From an uncultured Spirochaetota bacterium (GTDB lineage Bacteria; Spirochaetota; UBA4802; UBA5550), in contig CAWHAA010000008.1 in the NCBI GenBank assembly GCA_963827275.1, forward strand, positions 96,001 to 160,000: DNA of 64,000 nt. The letters run 5' to 3'. A program made the position numbers and the translations under genes. The notes under the pieces were generated by a model that was not told where the DNA came from, ran no database searches, and saw only the letters and a list, made by a program, of their open reading frames with translations. This document shows, piece after piece, positions 32,170 through 41,862 of this stretch (positions within the stretch are counted from its first letter, which is position 1; every line of letters starts with the position of its first letter).

Positions 32170-34740
32170 ATGAATGCAGATCAAAGTTTATCCTTGTTTA
32201 AAGAATTTAATGAGGAAATGAGAGTAATATGCAATGACATGGTGAAACGAGCCATGATTATCGGCATGATTTTATTTCCTATTTTTGGAATCTTGGATTA
32301 CTTTGTTGTTAAAGAAAATCTATCAACTATTTTGCTGATAAGAGGGATTACGGTCGTTCTCTATTTGTTGATATATTTTTTATGCCATTTTGCATTTGGC
32401 AAACGATATGCATTAAATCTTGGAATGGCCGCTTTTTTAATTACCGGGATATCAATAACCATTATGATTCATATGACCGGCGGTTATGAAAGTACATACT
32501 ATGTTGGCTTGAATATAGTACTTTTCGCGATGTATATATTACTGCCGTTGGATATTAAGAGAGGCATTATTGCCGCAACTTTTTTGTATTTAATTTATAT
32601 CGTCCCAATTATTGTTAAAGGTAATATTGCCAATGTTCCTATCCTGATAAATAATAATTTTTTCTTGCTCGCTATTACTGTAATATCATTGGCTTCTCTT
32701 TATTATAATAATAAAATAAAGTACGATGAATTTTCGGCACGTCATAAGATTCAGAAGGCAAACGAAGACCTTGAAAAGCTCACCGACGAACTCGCCGAGA
32801 CCAACCAGAAGCTCCTTACCCATGACCGGCTGAAGACGGAATTCTTCACCAACGTCAGCCACGAGCTTCGCACGCCGCTCACCCTTATCCTTGCTCCCCT
32901 GAAGCCGCTGATCGAGGGGAATTCCGGTATCCTTCCCCCCGTGGTGAAGGAGACCCTGGTGGCCATGCAGAACAACGGCCACCGGCTCCTGAAGCAGATC
33001 AACAACCTCCTCGATTTTTCCAAGCTGGAAGCGGGGAAGCTGCGCCTTAATATCGAAAACATCGACCTCATAGGGTTCTGCAAGGACATCATCAGCGCCA
33101 TGCAGCACGCGGCCACCACCCGCGGCCTCAAGCTTTATTTCCAGTACCAGATGGGGGACCCGATCAAGGTGATGATTGATGCCGAGCAGTTTGAAAAAGT
33201 AATAATGAACCTTCTCCACAATGCCATAAAGTTCACGCCGCAGGGCGGGCGGATCACCCTCTTTCTCGACGAGCGCGATGATGACGTCGAGCTGGTTGTC
33301 CAGGACACGGGGGTGGGCATACCTGAAAACATGCTGGAAACGATCTTCGACCGCTTCGCCCAGGTCGACGGGTCATCGACGCGGAGCAACGAGGGGACGG
33401 GGCTGGGCCTTTCCCTCGCGAAAGAGATCGTGGAGCTGCACGGCGGCGAGATCCGGGCCGAAAGCGTGCAGGGGAAGGGCTCCCGCTTCATCGTGCGGGT
33501 TCAGAAGGGCGAACGCCATATCGGCGAAGATATCCGTGAACGGCGGAAATCGGAGCAGCCGGTGCAATACAAAAAGCGCGCGAGCGACGCCGAGGGCCTC
33601 AAGGTCAGCGACGTGGTGAGCAATTACCGCGACCTCCAGCTCATCGACCTGGAACAGAAGGCCGAGATTGCGACCAGGGAACTCCGGCAGGGGACGCATG
33701 AATACACCCTGCTGGTCATCGACGACAATCCCGACATACTGAAGCTGATGCATTTTCTCCTGAACGACGAGTTTGACCTGATTCTCGCCGGCTCCGGGAA
33801 GGAAGGGCTGAAAGCGTTGCGGGAAAAGAAGCCGGACCTGGTCATCTGCGACATGATGATGCCGGAGATGGACGGCAACAGCTTCTGCCGCGAGGTCAAG
33901 TCTGATCCTGACCACCGGCACATCCCGATCATAATGGTGACCGCGCGCGCCGGTTCGGAGATGCTGGTCGAGGGCATTAATTCCGGCGCCAATGATTACC
34001 TGGCCAAACCCTTCGATGTGGCGGAGCTCAAGGCCAGGGTGCGTTCCCTCCTCCGGACGCGGACGATGGAGGAGGCGCTCGCCCTTGCCAACCAGAACCT
34101 CAAGATCAGGACCGACGACCTGGTGGAGCGCCAGCGCCTGCTCCTTCATTCAACGGTGAAGTCGCTTGTCTCCACAATAGAGGCGAAGGACAATTACACC
34201 AAGGACCACTCCCTCAGGGTAAGCAAGTATTCCATCGCCATAGCGAAAAAAATGGGATATGCCGAGCACGAGCTCAATGACCTGGAGCTGGCGGCCCTCC
34301 TCCACGATGTCGGCAAGATAGCCGTGCCGGAGGACATCCTCCACTATAACGGCAAGCTGACCGAGGAGGAATTCGGCCATATAAAAAACCATCCCGCGAA
34401 CGGCGCGCAGATCATCAGGCCTATCACCGAGTTCAAGAGCGTCGCGTCGATCGTCATCGCTCACCATGAGCATTATAACGGCAAGGGGTACCCCTTCGCC
34501 CTGTACAAGGACGACATCCCCCTCGGCGCGCGCGTCATGGCGGTCGCCGACGCCTATGACGCCATGACGTCAGAGCGTCCCTACCGCGCCGCGCTCTCCC
34601 ACAATTACACCGTCAAGGAGATCGTCCGCTGCTCCGGCACCCAGTTCGATCCCGGGATCGTCGATGTGTTCCTGACTATCCAGGACAAGCTCGGCGAGAT
34701 ACGGAGCAATGACATACAGGGACATGACATGACCAATTGA
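32170..34740 (+). CDS. Hybrid sensor: membrane domain, HisKA, HATPase, REC, HD-GYP c-di-GMP phosphodiesterase
   Basis: About six TM helices with GGYESTYYVGL and NNNFFL; SHELRTPL; NAIKF, DTGVG, GTGLGL; DD..D..KP; LLHDVGK, HHEHYNGKGYP, ADAYDAMTSERPYR. Confidence 0.9.
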   Translation: MNADQSLSLFKEFNEEMRVICNDMVKRAMIIGMILFPIFGILDYFVVKENLSTILLIRGITVVLYLLIYFLCHFAFGKRYALNLGMAAFLITGISITIMIHMTGGYESTYYVGLNIVLFAMYILLPLDIKRGIIAATFLYLIYIVPIIVKGNIANVPILINNNFFLLAITVISLASLYYNNKIKYDEFSARHKIQKANEDLEKLTDELAETNQKLLTHDRLKTEFFTNVSHELRTPLTLILAPLKPLIEGNSGILPPVVKETLVAMQNNGHRLLKQINNLLDFSKLEAGKLRLNIENIDLIGFCKDIISAMQHAATTRGLKLYFQYQMGDPIKVMIDAEQFEKVIMNLLHNAIKFTPQGGRITLFLDERDDDVELVVQDTGVGIPENMLETIFDRFAQVDGSSTRSNEGTGLGLSLAKEIVELHGGEIRAESVQGKGSRFIVRVQKGERHIGEDIRERRKSEQPVQYKKRASDAEGLKVSDVVSNYRDLQLIDLEQKAEIATRELRQGTHEYTLLVIDDNPDILKLMHFLLNDEFDLILAGSGKEGLKALREKKPDLVICDMMMPEMDGNSFCREVKSDPDHRHIPIIMVTARAGSEMLVEGINSGANDYLAKPFDVAELKARVRSLLRTRTMEEALALANQNLKIRTDDLVERQRLLLHSTVKSLVSTIEAKDNYTKDHSLRVSKYSIAIAKKMGYAEHELNDLELAALLHDVGKIAVPEDILHYNGKLTEEEFGHIKNHPANGAQIIRPITEFKSVASIVIAHHEHYNGKGYPFALYKDDIPLGARVMAVADAYDAMTSERPYRAALSHNYTVKEIVRCSGTQFDPGIVDVFLTIQDKLGEIRSNDIQGHDMTN

Positions 34741-34797
34741 GCCGCGCCCGATAATTTTTAATTGATTTATTCCTTGCGCGGGCCATACTGTCCGGTT

Positions 34798-36111
34798 ATG
34801 AATGATACCCTCTCACCGCAGAAGGTCTATACGGTATCCGACCTGACCCGCACCATAAAACGGACCCTTGAAGGGAAGCCGGAGCTGAGCGCACTCTGGG
34901 TCAAGGGCGAAATTTTCAACCTCACCATGCATTCATCCGGACATATCTATTTCAGCCTGAGGGACGATGACGCCGTCATCTCCGCCGTGTTTTTCAGGTA
35001 CGCCAACAAAAATCTTGATTTCAAGCTGAAAGAGGGGATGAACGTACTGGCCCTCGGCAGCATCACTGTCTATGAGCGACGCGGGAGCTACCAGATCAAC
35101 GTGAGCATGCTCAGGCCGGAAGGGGTCGGTGATCTGCAGAAGCGCATCGAGCTGCTGAAGCAGAAGCTCCTGAAAGAGGGCGTCTTCGACCCGGCGCGCA
35201 GGCGGCCCCTCCCGTTTTTCCCGCGGCGGCTCGGGATCGCGACTTCGCCGACCGGCGCCGCGGTGCGGGACATCATCAAGGTGGCGCTCCGGCGCTATCC
35301 CAATATCGAGATCGTGATCGCGCCGGCGATCGTTCAGGGGCTTGACGCGCCCGTCTCAATCGTGCGCGCCATCGAGGAGCTGAACCGGCCCGAATACGGG
35401 ATCGATTGCATCATAGCGGGAAGGGGCGGCGGCTCCTTCGAGGACCTGATGCCGTTCAACGAGGAGATCGTTGTGCGCGCCTTTTACAATTCGCGGGTAC
35501 CGATCATCTCCGCGGTGGGGCACCAGGTTGACCACCCGCTCTGCGATGACGCGGCGGACCTTGCCGCGCCGACGCCTTCCGCCGCGGCGGAGCTCGCCGT
35601 GCCCCTGAAAAAGGACCTCGAGGGTGAAATCGAGTACCTTCATATACGGGCGACCAATGGCATGGCGTCCCTGCTGCGGGAAATAACCATGAGAATCGAC
35701 GCGGTGCGGGCGCGGCGCGTCTTCAGCGATCCTTTTGAAATCGTAAACATGAGAGAGCAGATGCTCGCAGACATGAACCACCAGATGCTGTCGTCCCTGA
35801 AAGAGCTGGTCGCGCGCAATACGAACAGGCTCCTGAGCATCCCCGATATCCGCATGATCATCAGGAATGCACTGGCACATAAAAAGAATTCCTATCTCAT
35901 GGCGCTCAAGGCGCTGGAACAGCTTTCCCCCCTGGGCGTGCTCAGACGGGGATACGCGATCGCCATGGGCGCGGACGAGGCAATTATCAGATCGGTCGCC
36001 GATACCGGAACGGGGGACCTCATCAGGGTCCTTCTTCCGGACGGCTCCCTCGCGTGCAGCGTGAATTCAATCCACCCCGGAGGAGATCATGGAAAAGAAA
36101 AAAACGGCTAA
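34798..36111 (+). CDS. xseA: Exodeoxyribonuclease VII large subunit
   Basis: WVKGEI, SGHIYF, TSPTGAA, RGGGSFEDL, AVGH, APTPSAAAE. Confidence 0.96.
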   Translation: MNDTLSPQKVYTVSDLTRTIKRTLEGKPELSALWVKGEIFNLTMHSSGHIYFSLRDDDAVISAVFFRYANKNLDFKLKEGMNVLALGSITVYERRGSYQINVSMLRPEGVGDLQKRIELLKQKLLKEGVFDPARRRPLPFFPRRLGIATSPTGAAVRDIIKVALRRYPNIEIVIAPAIVQGLDAPVSIVRAIEELNRPEYGIDCIIAGRGGGSFEDLMPFNEEIVVRAFYNSRVPIISAVGHQVDHPLCDDAADLAAPTPSAAAELAVPLKKDLEGEIEYLHIRATNGMASLLREITMRIDAVRARRVFSDPFEIVNMREQMLADMNHQMLSSLKELVARNTNRLLSIPDIRMIIRNALAHKKNSYLMALKALEQLSPLGVLRRGYAIAMGADEAIIRSVADTGTGDLIRVLLPDGSLACSVNSIHPGGDHGKEKNG

Positions 36112-36403
36112 GGGAGTTGCAGATAAAGCTGAGAAGCTTGATTTTGAGAAGGCGCTGAAAGAGCTTGAGGAAATCGCATCGGCGCTGGAAGAGGGTGACC
36201 TGGGCCTCGATGAGTCGATCCGCCTGTTCGAGAAAGGCACGCACCTTGCGAAATTCTGCCGTGAAAAGCTCGATGAGGCGGAGAAAAAGATAGAAATATT
36301 GCAGAAAGGGGAGGGCGCCAGGGTCTCGGCGAAAAAGGTTGAGGTGGACGGCGAATCGGGCGAGATCGCAAACGAGGACGACCTCCAGGGGTCGCTGCTG
36401 TAA
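36089..36403 (+). CDS. xseB: Exodeoxyribonuclease VII small subunit
   Basis: FEKALKELEEI..LE.G.L.LDESI.LFEKG..L...C...L..AE. Confidence 0.95.
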   Translation: MEKKKTAKGVADKAEKLDFEKALKELEEIASALEEGDLGLDESIRLFEKGTHLAKFCREKLDEAEKKIEILQKGEGARVSAKKVEVDGESGEIANEDDLQGSLL

Positions 36404-36567
36404 TTAATATACAGTTTTTCAGTGATTGTCGAAAAAACCGGGGAAAGAATGTTGTGTATTTAAGAATTTTAATATATTATTAATAAATTTATTGACATGA
36501 ATATTTACTTATAAAAAAAATTGTAGTATATTAAAAAACAAACGGTATTCCGTCAGCGAGGCATATC

Positions 36568-37107
36568 ATGGATATACAACAAACGTTAGATTCACTGAAA
36601 GGTGAAATGTCACAGATGCGCGATGAGCGCAAGAACAAGCTTTCGATGGTCGTATTCAGCGGTGATCTTGACAAGCTCTTGGCCGCGTTCATCATTGCGA
36701 CCGGTGCGGCCGCAATGGGGCTTGAAGTCGTGCAATTTTTCACCTTCTGGGCCACCCCGGCCCTCAGGGACCCCAAAAAGAAAGGGAAAGGAAAAGACCT
36801 GTTTGGAAAGATGTTCGGCTTCATGCTTCCCCGCGGCGCCGGCAAGGTCAAGCTCTCAAAGATGAATATGGGCGGAATGGGAACGGTGATGATGCAGTAC
36901 CTCATGAAAAGGAAAAAAGTGGCGTCATTGCCGGAGATGATCAACCTCGCCGCGGAAATGGGGGTTAAGCAATACATCTGCGATATGTCCATGGACCTGA
37001 TGGGCTTCAAGCAGGAAGAGATGATCGATTACCCAGGCAGGGAGTTCGTCGGTGTCGCCAAGTTCCTCGAAGAGGCCGGTGACAGCAAGATACAGCTTTT
37101 TATCTGA
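36568..37107 (+). CDS. DsrE/DsrF/DrsH-like (DsrE2-type) sulfurtransferase
   Basis: VVFSGDLDK, FFTFW, LSKMNMGGMG, ICDMSMDLMG. Confidence 0.85.
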   Translation: MDIQQTLDSLKGEMSQMRDERKNKLSMVVFSGDLDKLLAAFIIATGAAAMGLEVVQFFTFWATPALRDPKKKGKGKDLFGKMFGFMLPRGAGKVKLSKMNMGGMGTVMMQYLMKRKKVASLPEMINLAAEMGVKQYICDMSMDLMGFKQEEMIDYPGREFVGVAKFLEEAGDSKIQLFI

Positions 37108-37208
37108 CAAAACGCACGGTTCTCCGGAGGACCGGTACCGTATTGTCATTTGTATAAAAAAATAGTTGCAAACTTGAGGCAAATAATTAATAATAAAAGG
37201 AGAAACAA

Positions 37209-37451
37209 ATGAGCGACGCAATCAAACCTGATGTTACCATGGATCTCAAGGGACTGGCCTGTCCCATGCCGGTGGTCAAGGTGAGCCAGCAGATTAAAAA
37301 AATGCAGATCGGGCAGGTACTGGCGGCCGAAACAACCGATCCCGGCGCGCACGCCGATTTCCCCGCGTGGGCGAAAAGCACCGGTAACGAAATCATCAAC
37401 ACTGAAAAGAAAGATAACGTATCCACCTTCTATATTAAAAAAATTAAATAG
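37209..37451 (+). CDS. tusA: TusA/SirA family sulfur carrier
   Basis: DLKGLACPMPVVK, TDPG..DFPAW. Confidence 0.9.
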   Translation: MSDAIKPDVTMDLKGLACPMPVVKVSQQIKKMQIGQVLAAETTDPGAHADFPAWAKSTGNEIINTEKKDNVSTFYIKKIK

Positions 37452-37521
37452 CCTGGTCTTGCACCGGGGTGCGGCCACTCCGCGCCCCGGAACATAAATC
37501 ACTACAAATGAGGAATACGAC

Positions 37522-38244
37522 ATGTGGAGCAACGTATTTTATTTTGTCATGGTGCCCATGGTGTATATCGCCTGCGCGGTTTTAGCCGGCGGACTTCTCT
37601 TTAAACTGGCGGTTATACTGTTCTCGAAAAAATTCAAGGGGTCGCTGGCGGCTTATCCGAAACGGCTGCCCCGGCCTGTCGGCGTCGCCGTCGAGGCCTT
37701 CGCGGTCCCGTCCGCCTGGAGGAAGGACAAGGTATTCTGGCTTTTTATCATCGCGTTCCATGTTTCGTTCTTTCTCCTGTTCATCGGCCACCTCGAGCTG
37801 ATCAGGGAGTTCAAGTTCCTCCAGATCATTCCGCACCAGGTGTTCCTCGGAGCGGGCGCGGTGGGGATCATCCTCATGGTGACGGTCCTCTATTTCCTCT
37901 TCAGGCGCTTCCGTTCGCCCTGGCGGGAGATTTCGGTGCCGGAAGACTTCCTTATCCTGATACTCCTTTTCCTGACCATGTTTCTGGGGAGCCACCTGCA
38001 CCTGTCGGCCCGGTTCTATGCGGGTGGCGGCGCCTTTGACATACCGGTGGAGGCGTACCGCGAGTATCTCTCGAGCCTTGTCGCCCTCACCCCGGCAGTG
38101 CCTTCCGGGATCGCCGACTCTCCGCACTACGTCCTGGTGGTGCTCCATATATTTCTCGCAAACCTTGTGCTTATACTGCTGCCGTTCTCGAAGGTGGTGC
38201 ACATGGTGTTCGCATTTCTTGCGCTGAATCTGAAGAGGAAATAG
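37522..38244 (+). CDS. NarI/DsrM-like membrane b-type cytochrome
   Basis: Five TMs; heme-ligand His pairs FHV..GH and LHI..VH; PFSK..H. Confidence 0.8.
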   Translation: MWSNVFYFVMVPMVYIACAVLAGGLLFKLAVILFSKKFKGSLAAYPKRLPRPVGVAVEAFAVPSAWRKDKVFWLFIIAFHVSFFLLFIGHLELIREFKFLQIIPHQVFLGAGAVGIILMVTVLYFLFRRFRSPWREISVPEDFLILILLFLTMFLGSHLHLSARFYAGGGAFDIPVEAYREYLSSLVALTPAVPSGIADSPHYVLVVLHIFLANLVLILLPFSKVVHMVFAFLALNLKRK

Positions 38245-38246
38245 CC

Positions 38247-39494
38247 ATGGAAAAAGAAAAAATTACCGAACTTAAAAAGATCCTCAAGTCACGCCTGAAC
38301 AGGCCCCTGCGCTATTACATGGACACCTGCACGCGCTGCGGACTCTGCTACGACACCTGCCATGTGTACAACGGCATCCCGAAAAAGGAATATTCGCCGG
38401 TCGGCCGCGCCGAGACGGTGCGCAGGCTCTATAAAAAATACACGCGCCCGTCAGGGTTCCTCTTCCCCTACTGGGGCGACGCGGTGAAATTCGACGACAC
38501 GGTGATGGAACAGGTGCGCGAGGCCGCCTGGTCGTGCACCGGGTGCCGGCGCTGCATGGTCAACTGCCCCTTCGGCATCGATACGGGCCAGATCATGGGT
38601 GTTGCCAAGCACCTCCTTGTCCAGAACGGCACGGCGCCGGAGGAGCTGGTAATGCTCGCGGACGCTGCGGTGGAGAAGGGAAAGAGCATCGAGCAGTTCA
38701 AGGACGGGTACCGCCAGGTGATCCATGACCTCGAAAAGGAGGTTCAGGCCAGGCTCGGGCTTTCCTCGCCTGACGGGCTCATCCCGATGGAAAAGAAGGA
38801 CGCAAACATCCTGTACGTGGGGCTCGCGGGCGCGCATTCGATTGTCAATCCCGCGGTCATCTTCAACGCAGCGAAGGAAAACTGGAGCCTGAGCTTTTTC
38901 GAGGCGGTCAATTTCGGATTTTTCGCCGGCGACCCTGAAAAGGCGAATTTTATCGCACAGCGGATCATCAAGGAGGCTGTTTCGCTGAACGTGAAGGAAG
39001 TGGTCATCGTGGAATGCGGCACCGCGTTCAGGATACTGCGCGCGCTTATGGGGAAGCTCCCCTTTAAAGTGTCCAGCATCGTCGAGGTGATCCACCGCTA
39101 TATCGCGGAGGGCAGGATACGGCTGAAAGAAAAAGCGGTCGCCGCGCCGGTCACCTACCACGACCCCTGCCAGCTGGGCAGGAACGGCGGTGTATATGAC
39201 GAGCCGCGGGAGATCATACGGAAGATCGCAGGCGATTACCGGGAGATGTCCCCGACCAGGGAGCAGAACTGGTGCTGCGGGGGCGGCGGCGGGCTGGTGG
39301 CGCTTGACAACGAGGAGTTCAGGATAAAGAGCGGCAAGCCGAAGAAGGAGCAGATCGTCGCCACCGGCGCGAAGGTCGTGGTCACCGCGTGCGAGAACTG
39401 CGTTTCGCAGCTGAATACCATCAAGAGCGGGTACGGGCTGGACGTCGAGGTCAAGTACCTGACCGAGCTGGTATGCGAAAACCTGGTCCTGTAG
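38247..39494 (+). CDS. DsrK/HdrD-like Fe-S oxidoreductase (two [4Fe-4S] motifs plus CCG domain)
   Basis: CTRCGLCYDTC, CTGCRRCMVNCP, ECG, YHDPC, CCGGGGG, ACENC. Confidence 0.85.
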   Translation: MEKEKITELKKILKSRLNRPLRYYMDTCTRCGLCYDTCHVYNGIPKKEYSPVGRAETVRRLYKKYTRPSGFLFPYWGDAVKFDDTVMEQVREAAWSCTGCRRCMVNCPFGIDTGQIMGVAKHLLVQNGTAPEELVMLADAAVEKGKSIEQFKDGYRQVIHDLEKEVQARLGLSSPDGLIPMEKKDANILYVGLAGAHSIVNPAVIFNAAKENWSLSFFEAVNFGFFAGDPEKANFIAQRIIKEAVSLNVKEVVIVECGTAFRILRALMGKLPFKVSSIVEVIHRYIAEGRIRLKEKAVAAPVTYHDPCQLGRNGGVYDEPREIIRKIAGDYREMSPTREQNWCCGGGGGLVALDNEEFRIKSGKPKKEQIVATGAKVVVTACENCVSQLNTIKSGYGLDVEVKYLTELVCENLVL

Positions 39495-39687
39495 CAGATC
39501 GGGAGGAATCAGGCGGCGTGCCCGCATCCGCCCGGTCAAAATGATCAGGTGTTGACAGAAAAAAGCAAAAAAACTACTTGCAATATGTGTTCATGCATTA
39601 TAGCGTACGTTATTCGCAACATGTACCGGCGCAACAAGACGTGAGAGGGATATCCACGTCAAAAAAATTACTCGAGGAGGATTTGTT

Positions 39688-39975
39688 ATGGAAACCTGGT
39701 TGCCAATTATTATCCAGTTGATCAGTGGAGCGGTGGGCGGGAATGCCGCAGGCGCAGCGTTGAAGAACCAGTCTCTCGGCACTATCGGTAATTCGATAGC
39801 GGGTATTGTCGGCGGCGGCCTTGGCGGTCAGCTGCTGAGCCTTATCATCCCGGCGCTGTCCGGCGGTGCGAGCATGGACCCCGGGGCCATAGTCGGCAAC
39901 GTGGCAGGCGGCGGCGTCGGCGGCGCGGTGGTCATGATCGTTGTCGGCCTTATCAAAAAGGCGCTCGGTAAATAA
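39688..39975 (+). CDS. Small glycine-rich membrane protein
   Basis: GAGGAG RBS; glycine zippers GAVGGNAAG, GGGLGG, GGGVGG. Confidence 0.8.
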   Translation: METWLPIIIQLISGAVGGNAAGAALKNQSLGTIGNSIAGIVGGGLGGQLLSLIIPALSGGASMDPGAIVGNVAGGGVGGAVVMIVVGLIKKALGK

Positions 39976-40002
39976 GCAGGGCGCAGTTATCAATGTCTGA
40001 TG

Positions 40003-40041
40003 ACCTGAAGCAGCTGCCTTTTTCAGGGCTGCTTCAGGCAT
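40003..40041. terminator. Hairpin between convergent genes, probable terminator
   Basis: CCTGAAGCAGCT...GGCTGCTTCAGG. Confidence 0.55.
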
Positions 40042-40066
40042 TTGATTCTCCCGGCAGTAAGATCCC

Positions 40067-41611
40067 CTAAATATCCGATACCTGCTTTTTCAGGTTTTCC
40101 GCTATCTGCGCCAGCTTGACCGATGTATCGGAAATCGCTTCTCCCATTTCGGTGTTCGACTGTATGAGTATGCTCGTATTGGCGATGGAACCGGCGATGC
40201 TTTCGATCACGCGGTCCTGGGTGGCCGTGTCCTCGCGCATGGCCTTCGTCCGGCGCTGCAAATCGTCAATATTGACCTGGAGGTCCTTCCTGATTCCCTC
40301 CTGGCGGTTGATGGTGGAAAAGATGTCCTGAGACTTGAGCTCCAGGCGGTTGATCGTTTCGACGATCTTACGGATCAGGTCGATGATGGTCGTAATGCTC
40401 TGGCCCCCCTCGCCGGCGCTTTTCACGTTGGAGCTGATGAGCCGGTTGATCTCCTTCAGGCTGTCCATCGATTTTTCAGAGAGCTTCCCCACCTCGTCGG
40501 CGACCACCGCGAAGCCGCGTCCCTGCTCGCCGGCCCGGGCCGCCTCGATGGCCGCGTTGAGCGCGAGGAGGTGGATCTTGTCGAACAGGTCCTCGAGGAT
40601 CGCCATGACCGATGACAGCTCTGACGAGCTTGCCACCAGCGCTTTCGAGTTGCGCTCGATCAGGGAGATGGCGTCCTCGCCTCTCTGGGTAAGCCCCAGG
40701 ACGGAGCGGAATTCGTCCGCGACCTCGCCGGAGCCGCGCTTCAGCGACTCTATCTCCATGGCCAGGTTCCGGATTGTTTCGATGAGTGAATTCAGCGCGT
40801 CGGACTGCTCCTGCATCGTCTTCCCGACGGCCGCGGCGCTGCTGGATGCGTCCATCGAGGAGCGGTGGATCGTTTCGTTGGAATCGGCCTGCTCCTGGAG
40901 GTTGGTGAGGAACCCGCGGGCGGTGCCGGAGAGGCCTTCCGCCATCGACGACATCTCTGTCGTGTTTTCACGTATGGCGCTGTGGAGCCCGATCAGCTTC
41001 CGGTAGTGATCCTCGTTCTTCAGTTTTTCCTTCTCGATTGAATTGATTGCGTTCTGCAGCACAGAGATAGAGACGAGGGCGATGATGTAGGCAAGGGTCA
41101 GCGCCGCGAGGCTGTCGATCAGGCCCACCTTGATGATGGAAGCAAGCATCGGGTTCTCCTGCCCGCGGTGGAGAAAAAAATAGAGAAGGTCAACCCCGAC
41201 AAACGAGGCCATGATGACTGACGTGATGTATTTATTGGTGAATACGGCGCCAAAGAGGATCACGACAAACATGAAGTAGATCATGGTGACGTACGCGGTC
41301 TCAGGCGGCTTCCTGAAAAAGCCGTAGGAAACGACTAAGGAGCAGAATATAACGAAGACATTTGAAGCGGCGGTGAGTTTCCCCCGCTTCAGCAGGATTA
41401 TCGCTATGATGCAAACGGCTGAAGCTGAAACCGCAGATACGGCGAATTCCCTGAAACGCTCAATGCTCACGGTGAGGGAGAAAAGCATGCCGAGGTTCAA
41501 AACGACTATGACAGTGAGGGCAAACAGGAGGACAAGGAAGGCCTTTCTTCTCGTCAGGTAGTCTTCATTTTTGTATTTGCCAAGGAAAAAATCTCTGAAT
41601 CGTGACAGCAT
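40067..41611 (-). CDS. Methyl-accepting chemotaxis protein with a membrane sensor domain
   Basis: LLALNAAIEAARAGEQGRGFAVVADEVGKL; about six N-terminal TMs. Confidence 0.93.
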   Translation of the reverse strand: MLSRFRDFFLGKYKNEDYLTRRKAFLVLLFALTVIVVLNLGMLFSLTVSIERFREFAVSAVSASAVCIIAIILLKRGKLTAASNVFVIFCSLVVSYGFFRKPPETAYVTMIYFMFVVILFGAVFTNKYITSVIMASFVGVDLLYFFLHRGQENPMLASIIKVGLIDSLAALTLAYIIALVSISVLQNAINSIEKEKLKNEDHYRKLIGLHSAIRENTTEMSSMAEGLSGTARGFLTNLQEQADSNETIHRSSMDASSSAAAVGKTMQEQSDALNSLIETIRNLAMEIESLKRGSGEVADEFRSVLGLTQRGEDAISLIERNSKALVASSSELSSVMAILEDLFDKIHLLALNAAIEAARAGEQGRGFAVVADEVGKLSEKSMDSLKEINRLISSNVKSAGEGGQSITTIIDLIRKIVETINRLELKSQDIFSTINRQEGIRKDLQVNIDDLQRRTKAMREDTATQDRVIESIAGSIANTSILIQSNTEMGEAISDTSVKLAQIAENLKKQVSDI

Positions 41612-41862
41612 AACTATGCCCCCCTTGCATGTGCACTACGCAGGGCGCTCTGTTCTGTCTGCCCTGGGTAGTGGATATAGGATCAGGAAAGAAAAGGGGA
41701 AATTCAAGTATTTTTTATCTTACGAAAACGGATTAATAGCCGGCCCGGGCGGCCATACTGAAATTTTTGATTGTAATGATTTATGTCCCGTGAAATAGTG
41801 GGCGACGGGACATTGCCGGTAAAACTGACGGATTTTATATTTTGCATACCTGGCGGTAGTAT

